From: Candidatus Undinarchaeota archaeon
Lineage (GTDB): Archaea; SpSt-1190; JASMDC01
Assembly (NCBI GenBank): GCA_964519305.1
Contig: CAZFHY010000001.1
Coordinates: forward strand, 550,318-605,389
DNA: 55,072 nucleotides
Direction of reading: 5' to 3'
Shown here one piece after another: positions 25,563 through 35,243 of the stretch. A model generated the notes under the pieces. That model did not search any database and was not told the origin of the DNA. It saw only the letters and a program-made list of their open reading frames with translations. A program made the translations under genes and the position numbers. Every line of letters begins with the position of its first letter. Positions within the stretch are counted from its first letter, which is position 1.

Positions 25563-27701
25563 ATGCTCTTCACCGCGCTCTGGCGACTGTGCGGTCTTGC
25601 TGTTGCTGTAGTGCTCCCTGCCATCGCCGCCATCCGTCTCTTAGATGGTCGTCGTTCTCAAGATGACAATCCGGTGCTCTTGGCGATCCCTCTCGCCATG
25701 GCCACCGTGCCCCCGGTCGCCCTGGGACTGGCCTTCCTCTTTGAAACCCTCATCACTCCCACGCTCCTTGTAGCAACTTCCCTGATCATCTCCGCTCTCT
25801 TCTGGGCCGCACGGACGCGTCGTCCCCATGTCGAGCCTCAACAACTTGACCTGAAACTCCCTGCTGCAGCGCTGCTCGTCCTCGTCATTGGTCTTCTAGT
25901 GGACATCCACCCGCCGCTCGGGGAGTTCTCCTTCGAACAGAACCCCTGGAGCCGGTGCACGCATGTGGCCGTGTACGACACGACCGGGACAGGAAGTGTC
26001 ACCTGGCTCTCTCGTATGCGGATGGAGGTCTATTCACCCTTTTTCCCGCATTATACGCGGAGCATCCACGACGGGCTCCCATTACCCGACCAGGTCCTGG
26101 AACGTGAGCATGGAACCTCTGAATGGGATGACGAAGTGTTCGTGTTCCCGGCTATGTCCTCGCTCCCCGCCAACTACATTACGAACGGGTATGTGAACAT
26201 CGGCGATCAGCGACTGGGCAACACGGCCATCTATAGCGCGCTCTTCCCATTTCTGGGGAGCTATACGTTCCATTTCGCTTTTGCACTCGCGCTCTTGGGA
26301 ACGGTGCTCGCCACGGCGGCCGCGTCCTTGCGATTGTCTGGAGCGGGTTGGCCTGTCACCCTGGCTGCTGTCTTGGCACTACTCATGCCCCTGGCGACCC
26401 ACTTCAGCCATGACTTCCTCTATCTGGTCCCCGACACACTTTTCGCAGCCTGCCTTGCGGCCGCTCTCATTTCTCTGGCGCTCGATCGACCCTCATACCG
26501 GGGATGGCTCCTGGCCGGGATGCTCGCCGGCACGTTGCTGAGTGTCAGGGACGTGTCCTTGCTCTGCCTTCCTGCGTTCGTGCTCCCGCTATCCCGGGCG
26601 TCGCGCCCACGGTCCGCGACCGCGCTGTTCGCGATAGGTGCGCTAGTCACGCTCTTCCCGACCATGTACGCCCAGCAGTACGCCTACGGTAGCGCGTGGA
26701 CGAGCCCTGCTGTGGCCAAGTTCCCTGGCAACGGTATCGAGTACTCCTTCCTGGGAGCACGCACGACACTACCACTATTCCTCAACTGGCCTTTCCACGA
26801 TACCATCGTACGCACGCCCCTGAGCCCGGTCCCGACGTTCCTCTACCTGCCTTTGATCATGGCTCTTCTCTTCGGGACCGCCGGGAGCGCGCTAGTCCTG
26901 GCTGGGCTCTGGCACTCCGGTGAACGGTGGGTGCTCCTGCTCTGGACCGTCCCGCTCGTCCTCTTCCTTGCCGTGCAGGAGGATTGGGACGTGGCGAAGA
27001 CAAGTCTAATCTACCTCTGGCTCCCAGCGCTCTGGATCGCTGTCCCTGAGGGTGTGCGCGCGTTCTCCGGACGTCGCGGGATCGGTGCTATCGTGCTGCT
27101 CACGCTCGTCCTCTCGCTCACGGTGCGCTTCGCAGCGCAGATAGAGTTCGATGCGGACCCGCGGTGGACCGAGGCTTATGGGCTCGTCCTCGATCGTACG
27201 TTCCTCGGACCACATACGAAGGCCATCGCTGCGGGACGCCCTCTCCCGCTGCTCCCCATAAAGCTCCCGCTCTCGCCCTCCAGGCTCATTGGTGAGCTCG
27301 GTCGTGTCGGGGACGACCGCTCCATCCAGGACCGCTCAGTCCTACTGCCGCGGTTCAACCTGGAGAATGGACCCGTGAATCTGGACCTGCGGACCGTTCC
27401 GGATCAGCAACTCAAGTTCGCTCTTGGTGTCATGTCCGGCCTTAGCGCTCCACGCTCCGCACGGGTGCCTGGAGGCCATCGCATCACCTTCCCGCGGGAA
27501 GGAGGGGGCGCATGCACCTACGTGGAGGTCACAGTAAATGTCGTAGGGGACGGCTTCGTGATCGACCTCGTACCCCTCGGTCCCGGTGATCTGGGCATCA
27601 CCTGTCCAGAACTCCCGCAACGTGATCCCCTCGGTGAGTTCTTCGTCTGGACCGACCGTTCTATCGAACTCCGGACGGACAGTACCTGGGCCCGTACATG
27701 A
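25563..27701 (+). CDS. Polytopic membrane protein, GT-C fold glycosyltransferase-like (paralog B)
   Basis: Colinear with 23393..25510, sharing AVYDT, DQRLGN, VPDTLFA, LFLNWPFHD, QEDWDVA, LPRF. Confidence 0.75.
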   Translation: MLFTALWRLCGLAVAVVLPAIAAIRLLDGRRSQDDNPVLLAIPLAMATVPPVALGLAFLFETLITPTLLVATSLIISALFWAARTRRPHVEPQQLDLKLPAAALLVLVIGLLVDIHPPLGEFSFEQNPWSRCTHVAVYDTTGTGSVTWLSRMRMEVYSPFFPHYTRSIHDGLPLPDQVLEREHGTSEWDDEVFVFPAMSSLPANYITNGYVNIGDQRLGNTAIYSALFPFLGSYTFHFAFALALLGTVLATAAASLRLSGAGWPVTLAAVLALLMPLATHFSHDFLYLVPDTLFAACLAAALISLALDRPSYRGWLLAGMLAGTLLSVRDVSLLCLPAFVLPLSRASRPRSATALFAIGALVTLFPTMYAQQYAYGSAWTSPAVAKFPGNGIEYSFLGARTTLPLFLNWPFHDTIVRTPLSPVPTFLYLPLIMALLFGTAGSALVLAGLWHSGERWVLLLWTVPLVLFLAVQEDWDVAKTSLIYLWLPALWIAVPEGVRAFSGRRGIGAIVLLTLVLSLTVRFAAQIEFDADPRWTEAYGLVLDRTFLGPHTKAIAAGRPLPLLPIKLPLSPSRLIGELGRVGDDRSIQDRSVLLPRFNLENGPVNLDLRTVPDQQLKFALGVMSGLSAPRSARVPGGHRITFPREGGGACTYVEVTVNVVGDGFVIDLVPLGPGDLGITCPELPQRDPLGEFFVWTDRSIELRTDSTWART

Positions 27702-27780
27702 GAGCCGCGGACCGTGCAGGTCAGGTTTAAGAGGCTTTGGGTGGTATCGCCAAACGGTCCGCTCCCAGGGCGGACAGGTT

Positions 27781-29118
27781 GTGATTCCAATACCAGTTCT
27801 GAGCATCGTCGGGTCGCAGTGGGGCGACGAAGGGAAGGGTAAGATCGTGGACGCTGTGTCCGAGAACGCTGACATGATCGTGCGCTATCAGGGTGGCGAC
27901 AACGCCGGTCATACGGTCATTGTCGATGACCGGACCTATAAGTTCCACGTCCTTCCTGCAGGCGTGCTCCGGGGTCTCCGGAGCCTTGTTGCCAGCGAGG
28001 TCGTCGTGAATCCCGCACAGGTGAAGCGCGAGCTCAACGCTCTCGAGCGCGAGGCCAATCTCGGGATCGATCCCCGATGTCACGTCATCATCCCCTACCA
28101 CGTTGCCATAGACCTGGCCAAGGAAGCCCACCGTGCAAAGACCACGGGAGCTGCCATCGGCACAACCGCTAAGGGTATAGGGCCCTGTTACTCGGACGCT
28201 GCGGACCGCACGGGCATCACATTCTTCGAGCTCGTGGGGGACCCGAAGTTCCTGGAAAAGCGTATCCGCGAGAACTTCATCCTCAAGGAGAAGTACCTCC
28301 GGGCCGTGTACGACGAGAGCATGACCGTTATCCGTGATGGGAAGCGTGTGGAGACGACCGCGGACGAGATCGTGGCCGAGTACATCGAGCTCGGCAAGCT
28401 CCTACGCCCATACCTCGCCGACGTGTCCTTAGAGGTCAACAAGGCGATCGAGGCGGGCAAGAACGTAGTGTTCGAAGGTGCACAAGGGACGCTCCTCGAC
28501 CTGTATTTCGGTAACTACCCCAAGGTCACCAGCTCCCACCCCATGACCGGCGCGGCTTTCACCAGCGTGGGCATGCCCCCGATGGCCATCCAGAGCATCG
28601 GCATCATGAAGGCCTACGTCACCAAGGTCGGCTCGGGTCCCGTGGTCACCTGCCTGGACGGCGGACGATGGCCCGTGGACGAGTCGGCTTCGGAACCAGA
28701 GGCAATTGAGATCCGGAAGGTGGGCAAAGAGTACGGTGCGACCACAGGCCGCGCCCGACGTGTGGGATGGCTCGATCTTGTCGTCCAGCGCTACTCCAAT
28801 CGCATCAACGGCTTCACCGATATGGCCCTTACAAAGCTGGACGTCCTGGCCGGTATGGACAAGATAAAGATCTGTGTCGCCTACGAGTGCGACGGTGAGA
28901 CCATCACCGACTACCCCTCCTGGGACCTGGACAAGCTTGCACGATGCAAGCCCGTGTACAAGGAGTTCCCCGGTTTCCAGAAGGTGGACGACGAGAACGC
29001 TCAGCGGATCATCGCTTTCATCGAGGCCGAGATGGGCGTACCCGTAACCATCCTATCCACGGGCCCCGGCCGAACAGAGACGGTGTATCGCGGCTTCGAG
29101 GGACTCCAACAGAAGTAA
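27781..29118 (+). CDS. purA: Adenylosuccinate synthetase
   Basis: QWGDEGKGK, QGGDNAGHT, IGTTAKGIGPCY, FEGAQG, EYGATTGRARR, TKLDVL; start GTG 27781 or ATA 27790. Confidence 0.96.
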   Translation: MIPIPVLSIVGSQWGDEGKGKIVDAVSENADMIVRYQGGDNAGHTVIVDDRTYKFHVLPAGVLRGLRSLVASEVVVNPAQVKRELNALEREANLGIDPRCHVIIPYHVAIDLAKEAHRAKTTGAAIGTTAKGIGPCYSDAADRTGITFFELVGDPKFLEKRIRENFILKEKYLRAVYDESMTVIRDGKRVETTADEIVAEYIELGKLLRPYLADVSLEVNKAIEAGKNVVFEGAQGTLLDLYFGNYPKVTSSHPMTGAAFTSVGMPPMAIQSIGIMKAYVTKVGSGPVVTCLDGGRWPVDESASEPEAIEIRKVGKEYGATTGRARRVGWLDLVVQRYSNRINGFTDMALTKLDVLAGMDKIKICVAYECDGETITDYPSWDLDKLARCKPVYKEFPGFQKVDDENAQRIIAFIEAEMGVPVTILSTGPGRTETVYRGFEGLQQK

Positions 29119-29130
29119 GGTCAAGCTTGC

Positions 29131-30417
29131 TCAGTCGGTCGTCAGGTCCCGGGCGATGCCCCGCACACGCTTGAGGATGTCTTCCACTGGGAACGTGAAC
29201 GCTCTGTCCCGATAGAGGAACCTACCTCCGACGAGCGTATCGGTGACATCGCCCCCATGTGCCGCGTAGACCAGGTTTGAGACCGGGTCATGGCAGGGTG
29301 TGAGCCGCGGCGAATCGAGGTCCAAGAGCACAAGGTCGGCCTGTTTCCCTTCCTCGATCGAGCCCAGGTCGCTCTCGACGTGCATAACCCGGGCCGCGTC
29401 GATCGTCGCCATGTCCATCACTCGCCGGGCAGGCATGACGGTCGCATCTATGTTCGTCGCCTTATGCACGAGCGCGCACACTTTCATCTCTTCCAGCATG
29501 TCGAGGTTGTTGTTCGAGACGTTCGAGTCGGTACCAAGGCCCACCGGCACACCGGCCTTGTCCAAGAGGGCCATGGGGGGCACTCCGCCCACGGCGAGCT
29601 TCATATTGGACGTGGGATTATGAGAGACGGTCACGCCCTTGTTGGCCATGATCCTGACGTCGTCCTTGTCCAGATGGACGCAGTGGAACGCGATGGTGGG
29701 CAGATCGAACACTCCTAGGTCCGCCAGATGACGCGGAGGGCGCTTGCCCTTGTCCTTCACCATGTTCTCTACCTCGCCCGGTGTCTCGGACAAGTGTATC
29801 TGGATGGGAACCTCGTGCTCCCTGGCCACGTCCATGGCCATTTGCAGGGTCTCCTCCGAGCAAGTGTAGGGTGCATGGGGTGATATGTCAGGGTAGATGA
29901 GCGGGTGTTTCTTGAAGGCCCGGCACAGGGCATCGGCCGAGCGCTTGTACCCCTCGGGTCCCGATGCCATGTTAGTGGGGAAGTCCAGGAATATACCACC
30001 GGGAGCGAACCGCATGCCTACTGTCTCGGTGGCCCTGCACCCCTGCTCGGGCCAGAAGTACATGTCGTGGCAGAAAGTGGTCCCAGAGGACACCATTTCC
30101 AGCTGGGCGAGCACGGTGGAATAGTACACGGCCTCCTCGGTGAGCTTTGCCTCGGTCGGCCAGATACGCTCCTCGAGCCAGGGCATGAGGGCCATGTCAT
30201 CAGCAAAGCCACGCATGAAAGACATTCCGGTGTGACTGTGGGTGTTGATAAGACCAGGGATGACGATCCGTCGGGAGGCATCGACCACCTCGTCTGCCTT
30301 ATCGGGAATGTCCTTACCGACCTTGACGATGCGATCGCCGTCGACGAGCACATCACCGCGGAACACGCGGCGCTTGGGGTCCTGTGTCACAAGCAGTCCG
30401 TTCTTGATGAGCAGCAT
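29131..30417 (-). CDS. mtaD: Amidohydrolase, MTA/SAH deaminase family
   Basis: PGLINTHSH, GTT, PHAPYTC, IHLSET, HCVHL, NPTSNMKLA, GLGTD motifs. Confidence 0.85.
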   Translation of the reverse strand: MLLIKNGLLVTQDPKRRVFRGDVLVDGDRIVKVGKDIPDKADEVVDASRRIVIPGLINTHSHTGMSFMRGFADDMALMPWLEERIWPTEAKLTEEAVYYSTVLAQLEMVSSGTTFCHDMYFWPEQGCRATETVGMRFAPGGIFLDFPTNMASGPEGYKRSADALCRAFKKHPLIYPDISPHAPYTCSEETLQMAMDVAREHEVPIQIHLSETPGEVENMVKDKGKRPPRHLADLGVFDLPTIAFHCVHLDKDDVRIMANKGVTVSHNPTSNMKLAVGGVPPMALLDKAGVPVGLGTDSNVSNNNLDMLEEMKVCALVHKATNIDATVMPARRVMDMATIDAARVMHVESDLGSIEEGKQADLVLLDLDSPRLTPCHDPVSNLVYAAHGGDVTDTLVGGRFLYRDRAFTFPVEDILKRVRGIARDLTTD

Positions 30418-30489
30418 GGTCGTTCAACTGAAAAACAGTGGTGTGAGAATCTTTAATTATCTACGGGAGAATGTCTGGAAGGTAGCAGG

Positions 30490-31767
30490 ATGGAGATCCA
30501 CAGTTCACGCAAGACCTATGTCGATGACGTCCACCGCGTTGTCCCCCCCAACGTGACCGTCCGCAGGATACGGTCGCTCCTCGAGCAATCGGGTAGGTTC
30601 GGTGATCTAATCGTGGAGCGCCTGGACCAGAAGGACATATTCGGGGTCCCTGTGTACCGCATCTACCAGAAGGGCGACAAGTATCTCGAACACGGGAAGG
30701 GTCTCATCCGCGCACAGGCCATGGCCAGCGGGCTGATGGAGTTCGTGGAGCGCTACTCCGCCCTTCGTCCTGTCCCTTCTGCCATGACCATGACAACGAA
30801 GGAAGAACTGGGCGACTCGGCCGTGTCCTATTGGGACCTTGTCCCCGAGCGACGATTTTCAGAAGAGAGCAGCCGGGATTATGTGGACCGACTCAAGATG
30901 TACTGGACCCGCGCATGGTCGCTCACTCGACAACAGGACGTGTACGTCCCTGCTCATTTGGTCTATACGCACATCCCTTACCTCGACACGAAGTGGTACT
31001 GTACCAACGGCCTGGGGGCGGGCAACACCATGGAGGAGGCCATTGTCCACGCTGTCTGTGAGGTCGTGGAGCGCCACCAAGAGGAGGTCACCAACAGGAA
31101 CCATCTTCCTGTGGACTGCATCGACCAATCCACAATCACATCAAAGCCGGTGCTCTGGGCGCTGAAGCTCTTCAGGAAGAACGGATTCGAAGTACACCTG
31201 GCCGATTACTCCGGGGATCTGGGGATCCCTACCGTCCAGGTCCTGGCCATCCACCCAGCAGAAAAGACCACCCATGCAGGTTGGTGCATGGCGCACGGCA
31301 CGCACACCGATCCCGCTGTCGCCATGGTGCGAGTGCTCTCAGAACTGTGCCAGACGCGGGCCGTGTACATAAAGAACACAGAGGATGGGAGCCATGAGAA
31401 GGAAAAGCAGTACTCTTCCCTTTCCATTGGTGTGCGTAGGATGCTCAAGGAACGTCAGCACACCCGGCCCGTACCATTCTCGACACTCCCCGACGTCACC
31501 CGCGACGACATCGGTGAGGAGGTCGAAGAGCTCGTGAAGAGACTGGATGCTAGAGGATTCGAGGTCATCGCCTCAGACATCACTCACCCACACCTGAAGG
31601 TGCCCTGCGTCCGCGTTATCATACGGGACATGCAGCCCACGTTCCACAACAAGTACGTGGTCCCTGAAAACGACCAGCTGCGCTTCTCGCGCCATCTCGA
31701 CATGAAGAAGATCTTCAAGCCTTCGGTCTACAGTCCCGACGACGCATGGCCTGAAGGTTGGGTCTGA
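30490..31767 (+). CDS. ycaO: YcaO family protein
   Basis: GKG, SxxxExxER (SGLMEFVER), TNGLGAGN, EVVERH, RVLSELCQ ATP/Mg-binding motifs. Confidence 0.9.
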   Translation: MEIHSSRKTYVDDVHRVVPPNVTVRRIRSLLEQSGRFGDLIVERLDQKDIFGVPVYRIYQKGDKYLEHGKGLIRAQAMASGLMEFVERYSALRPVPSAMTMTTKEELGDSAVSYWDLVPERRFSEESSRDYVDRLKMYWTRAWSLTRQQDVYVPAHLVYTHIPYLDTKWYCTNGLGAGNTMEEAIVHAVCEVVERHQEEVTNRNHLPVDCIDQSTITSKPVLWALKLFRKNGFEVHLADYSGDLGIPTVQVLAIHPAEKTTHAGWCMAHGTHTDPAVAMVRVLSELCQTRAVYIKNTEDGSHEKEKQYSSLSIGVRRMLKERQHTRPVPFSTLPDVTRDDIGEEVEELVKRLDARGFEVIASDITHPHLKVPCVRVIIRDMQPTFHNKYVVPENDQLRFSRHLDMKKIFKPSVYSPDDAWPEGWV

Positions 31768-31776
31768 GCGTTCCGG

Positions 31777-31953
31777 TCAGGAGGGTGTAGCACCTCCCTG
31801 TACGAGGAATTCATCGAGCCGTTCCTGGACCAGCCTGTGGCGTCGATAGATGAGCCTGCCGCATCGATGGCACTGTACGAAGGCGTACCGACCCTGAGCG
31901 TTCTCGGGAACGGTCCACTTGAAGTGACAACGATCGCACTCCACCTCACGCAT
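31777..31953 (-). CDS. 58-aa Zn-ribbon protein with C-terminal PIP-box-like motif
   Basis: CDRC...CHRC and QERLDEFL; TATA TTTAAA (31976-31981) about 26 nt from ATG 31953. Confidence 0.7.
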   Translation of the reverse strand: MREVECDRCHFKWTVPENAQGRYAFVQCHRCGRLIYRRHRLVQERLDEFLVQGGATPS

Positions 31954-32018
31954 GAATGAGAAAGGCCGCCCATCCTTTAAATGGGACAAGAGGGGGGAAT
32001 GCCGGTATTCGCCAGTGC

Positions 32019-32246
32019 CTAATCGAGCTTCATGCCGCCCGTCAGGAAGGAGAACACGTCCTCCTCGGCCTGGTCCTTCCCGAAGAACATGCCCACCTTG
32101 TAGCCTATGAAGAAGCCGCCGGCGAACACTAGCACCTCAGGGTGCTCGATAAGGAACTCGACGATGGACGTGACAAGACCATAAAGAAAGGCGAAGATAC
32201 CCTTGCCTACCTCGAGAGCCTTGGCGATAACCTCGTCAGGGTCCAT
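32019..32246 (-). CDS. Small membrane protein (75 aa)
   Basis: Amphipathic helix plus GxxxGxxxGxxxG TM segment; TATA TTATATA at 32274-32280. Confidence 0.7.
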   Translation of the reverse strand: MDPDEVIAKALEVGKGIFAFLYGLVTSIVEFLIEHPEVLVFAGGFFIGYKVGMFFGKDQAEEDVFSFLTGGMKLD

Positions 32247-32296
32247 CAGGTGTGATAGAGCGGCTCAGGGTAGTTATATACCTTTCGCTTGCCCTG

Positions 32297-34600
32297 TTAA
32301 GGCCCCGGGGGCCGGTTCCAGGCCTGCTGTGACTGTTGGACGGAGCCTTGAACGGGGGCTTGCATGGGTGGTGCAGATGTCGGGGCTGGTTGGGGTGCGG
32401 ACGCGGCCATGGCAATATCCATCCGCGTTTTTAGACCCCACGCGAGCGCCAGATGTACCAAGAGCGCGGTCGCTGCCGTAAGAATCCCATCGTTCCCCTG
32501 TTTCATTACGATCGCGACCATGAATAGAACAACACCCATCGTGACGATCGCAAGGAACGTCTTGACCTCCTCCTGTGAGATGTCCAGAGCAGTAATGGCG
32601 AACCACTCGCCCGACCGGAATATGAACGCGAGGTAGGAGACCAGGTAGAACGTCACGGTGACGATCATGAAATCCCCGAACATCTTGACGAGGGCGAGAT
32701 TGATGTTACCCACGATAAGCTGCGAAAAGTAGAGGGTCATGCACGCTGAAAAGATGAATATGTACTGGGAGAAGAACAACATCGATAGAATGAAGGAACC
32801 GGTGAGTATGAGGTTGCGTAACGTTGTGTACGACCACAGCGCCAGCACGGTGAGAAGGATGACGGCCGATAGGCCCAGGATCGCGGGGAACAGATTGGCG
32901 CTCGATCCAAGAGGCTGTGTCTGGAAGTCCACGCCCCCGACGTTCCCGATGGTCGGCAGATCTATGCTCTGGCCAAGGATCGTATAGGTCTCGTATCCCT
33001 CGTGTAGCATCCCCATGGAGCTCCATGGCGCCATGAAGTGGGCCACGGCGCTGGAAAGGAACAAGGCCAGGAGCAGGCGAGTGACAAGCCAGTGCTTCCA
33101 GACGGGATTGCCACCCATCTCCTTGGACGCCATTAGCACGAACACTGCCACGGGCATGGCCATGAGGAAGAGTAGGGCGATAGTGTCGAGAACGTACACC
33201 CCCACGGTCATAGCGATCCCGATGCCTTGAAGCCCTTCGATGTCCTTGGTGAGCAGCTCGATAGGAGGGCGGTGACGCTGGGCCCAGAGAGCGGGATCGA
33301 TGTTCACCATGCGGGTCTCCATTCCGCCGAATAGCGAGGGAAGGATGAAGTAGCCGGCGTCCGCGATGACGTGGGTTATGAGGAGGGCGGCGAGTCCGAG
33401 GTATACCAAGCGCGACTTCGTGAACAGGGACGCCAACAGGATCACGAACTGCTCATCCATGGCCTCGAACTTGTTGGCAGCGGCGATGTCAAGGGAGCGG
33501 AAGTAAGAGAGCGCGTAGAGGAACGCTACGACGTAGAGCGACTTGTCGATGGAGACGACCAGCCATTGGGTCACCGTATCGAACACGAACATGAAGAAGC
33601 CCAGCATGGCGTAGTACACGGCGATGAACCTGACCAGAAGGAACGCCAGTAGCCGATGGCCCGGTTCGGACCGGAAATCCGTGGAGAGGAGCTGCCAGAA
33701 CGTGGCCACGTCGAAGGAGCGGAGGACGGTCAGCTTCGATGTGATAAGTACGAAGAACGAGTAGGAGAAGCTGGATCCAGTGAAGTCCACGGCCCAGGCA
33801 GCAATCGCTGAGTAAATGGCAAGGAGCAGGAACCCGAGTGCCATGCTCCACTCATCGAGAGTGGTGCTGACGCCTGACACGAGATCCTTGTGAGCAGCAC
33901 TCGCCGCGACCTGCCAGTCCACCTCCTCACGCATGTGGAGGCTCACGGTCACAGGTGCCCGGGGTATCATCTTGAACTGGTTCTCGAAGGAATAGTTCGC
34001 ACACTTCACAGTTCCGCTTACAACGAACTCGGCGCTCTTCACCACCTCCTCACCAGTCTCCTCGTCCAGGTACTCTAGCTGTACGACAGGTGTCTGCGTG
34101 AGAACTAATGTCCCGTTCTGGTCATCAAAGAGGCCCACGAGGGTCACACCTGTGGCACGCGGGTACTCGTTGATCAGGTTGTACTTGATGACTACTTTGC
34201 CCCGCTCTTCATCAAGGATCTTACCCATGACCTTCATGGGCGCGAAGTACTTCGTCGGACTTGCGTATTCCATCACGTCCCCTGGATCCACAAGGTTCAA
34301 GGCAGTGCCCACCTCCACCAGAACCAGACGACCGGTCTCGAAGGTAGTTGCAGTGAACACCACGTGCTTGACAGCAAGGATGTAGAGGATGGCAAGGATG
34401 GCCAGGTTCATCTTCTTGGACGTGGTACCGAAGAGGATCGCAGGTATGTTCAGCTCGTACCAGAGCATCGAGAGCATCAGGTAGGCCAGAGCGTCCCCAA
34501 AAAGGTCCAGCCATTCAGGCAGAAGGCTGAGAAGGTCGCCGATACCCAGAGCGAGGGTTAGGAGGATGAACACTCCCTTGACGACCTGCGCAATATCCAT
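32297..34600 (-). CDS. Large polytopic membrane protein of unknown function
   Basis: 767 aa; many TM helices; one ~150-aa beta-rich soluble insert; P/Q-rich tail. Confidence 0.8.
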   Translation of the reverse strand: MDIAQVVKGVFILLTLALGIGDLLSLLPEWLDLFGDALAYLMLSMLWYELNIPAILFGTTSKKMNLAILAILYILAVKHVVFTATTFETGRLVLVEVGTALNLVDPGDVMEYASPTKYFAPMKVMGKILDEERGKVVIKYNLINEYPRATGVTLVGLFDDQNGTLVLTQTPVVQLEYLDEETGEEVVKSAEFVVSGTVKCANYSFENQFKMIPRAPVTVSLHMREEVDWQVAASAAHKDLVSGVSTTLDEWSMALGFLLLAIYSAIAAWAVDFTGSSFSYSFFVLITSKLTVLRSFDVATFWQLLSTDFRSEPGHRLLAFLLVRFIAVYYAMLGFFMFVFDTVTQWLVVSIDKSLYVVAFLYALSYFRSLDIAAANKFEAMDEQFVILLASLFTKSRLVYLGLAALLITHVIADAGYFILPSLFGGMETRMVNIDPALWAQRHRPPIELLTKDIEGLQGIGIAMTVGVYVLDTIALLFLMAMPVAVFVLMASKEMGGNPVWKHWLVTRLLLALFLSSAVAHFMAPWSSMGMLHEGYETYTILGQSIDLPTIGNVGGVDFQTQPLGSSANLFPAILGLSAVILLTVLALWSYTTLRNLILTGSFILSMLFFSQYIFIFSACMTLYFSQLIVGNINLALVKMFGDFMIVTVTFYLVSYLAFIFRSGEWFAITALDISQEEVKTFLAIVTMGVVLFMVAIVMKQGNDGILTAATALLVHLALAWGLKTRMDIAMAASAPQPAPTSAPPMQAPVQGSVQQSQQAWNRPPGP

Positions 34601-34708
34601 GGGACGCCCTCACCGGTGTACCGAAAGCTACAGGGGCTCGTTAATATTTAAAACGTGGTGGGACGGGGAGCGCGCTGCCCCCCGCACCGTCCGCGTAACT
34701 CGGCGCTC

Positions 34709-35179
34709 TTAGCTGCCGGTGGTCGTAATGGTGACGTTGCCGGTATCACTGGTCTCGTTGAAATAGTAGTCGTACCGGACAACACCTGTACCCTCACCAT
34801 CGAGCTGAGCGTTGTCGCAGTTGGGCGACGCGCAGCAGGTGTTGCAGATGTCGTGGGGGAAGAACGTTTCAACGTCGTTACACTCGTTCAACATCCCCGC
34901 TTTCGACAGTGTATAACATGGCATAGGGTTCTTGTCCACCTTGCGGTTCTTTGCGCACTCGGTGTACTTGGTCTCGCACTGGCTGGCGATGATGGCGAGA
35001 TCGTCGAGGCACCCGCCCGCCGAGTTGATGGCGATCTGGGGCTCCTCGTACCGCTTGCACGGATCCTGTCGGCTGATCATCCCTCGGATGAAGGAGATGG
35101 CGATGGCCGCGATTGAGATCATGGCCACGAACATCAACAGCTTCTCGATCTGACCGCGCTTGCTTCTGATGAGCTTCAT
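34709..35179 (-). CDS. Type IV pilin-like protein (class III signal peptide), Cys-rich
   Basis: MKLIRSKRG|QIEKLLMFVAMISIAAIAI; 10 Cys in the globular part. Confidence 0.75.
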   Translation of the reverse strand: MKLIRSKRGQIEKLLMFVAMISIAAIAISFIRGMISRQDPCKRYEEPQIAINSAGGCLDDLAIIASQCETKYTECAKNRKVDKNPMPCYTLSKAGMLNECNDVETFFPHDICNTCCASPNCDNAQLDGEGTGVVRYDYYFNETSDTGNVTITTTGS

Positions 35180-35243
35180 AGTTGGTTAGGGGCGGGTATA
35201 GTATTTAAATGTTGTATCTAGGCCGCGGCAGGCGTTCTCGCCG

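Noticed and set aside
34659-34700. GC-rich stem-loop (GGACGG...CCGTCC) as a tRNA or ncRNA
   Set aside because: Too short, with no T-loop or cloverleaf; more likely a terminator-type hairpin after the pilin gene.
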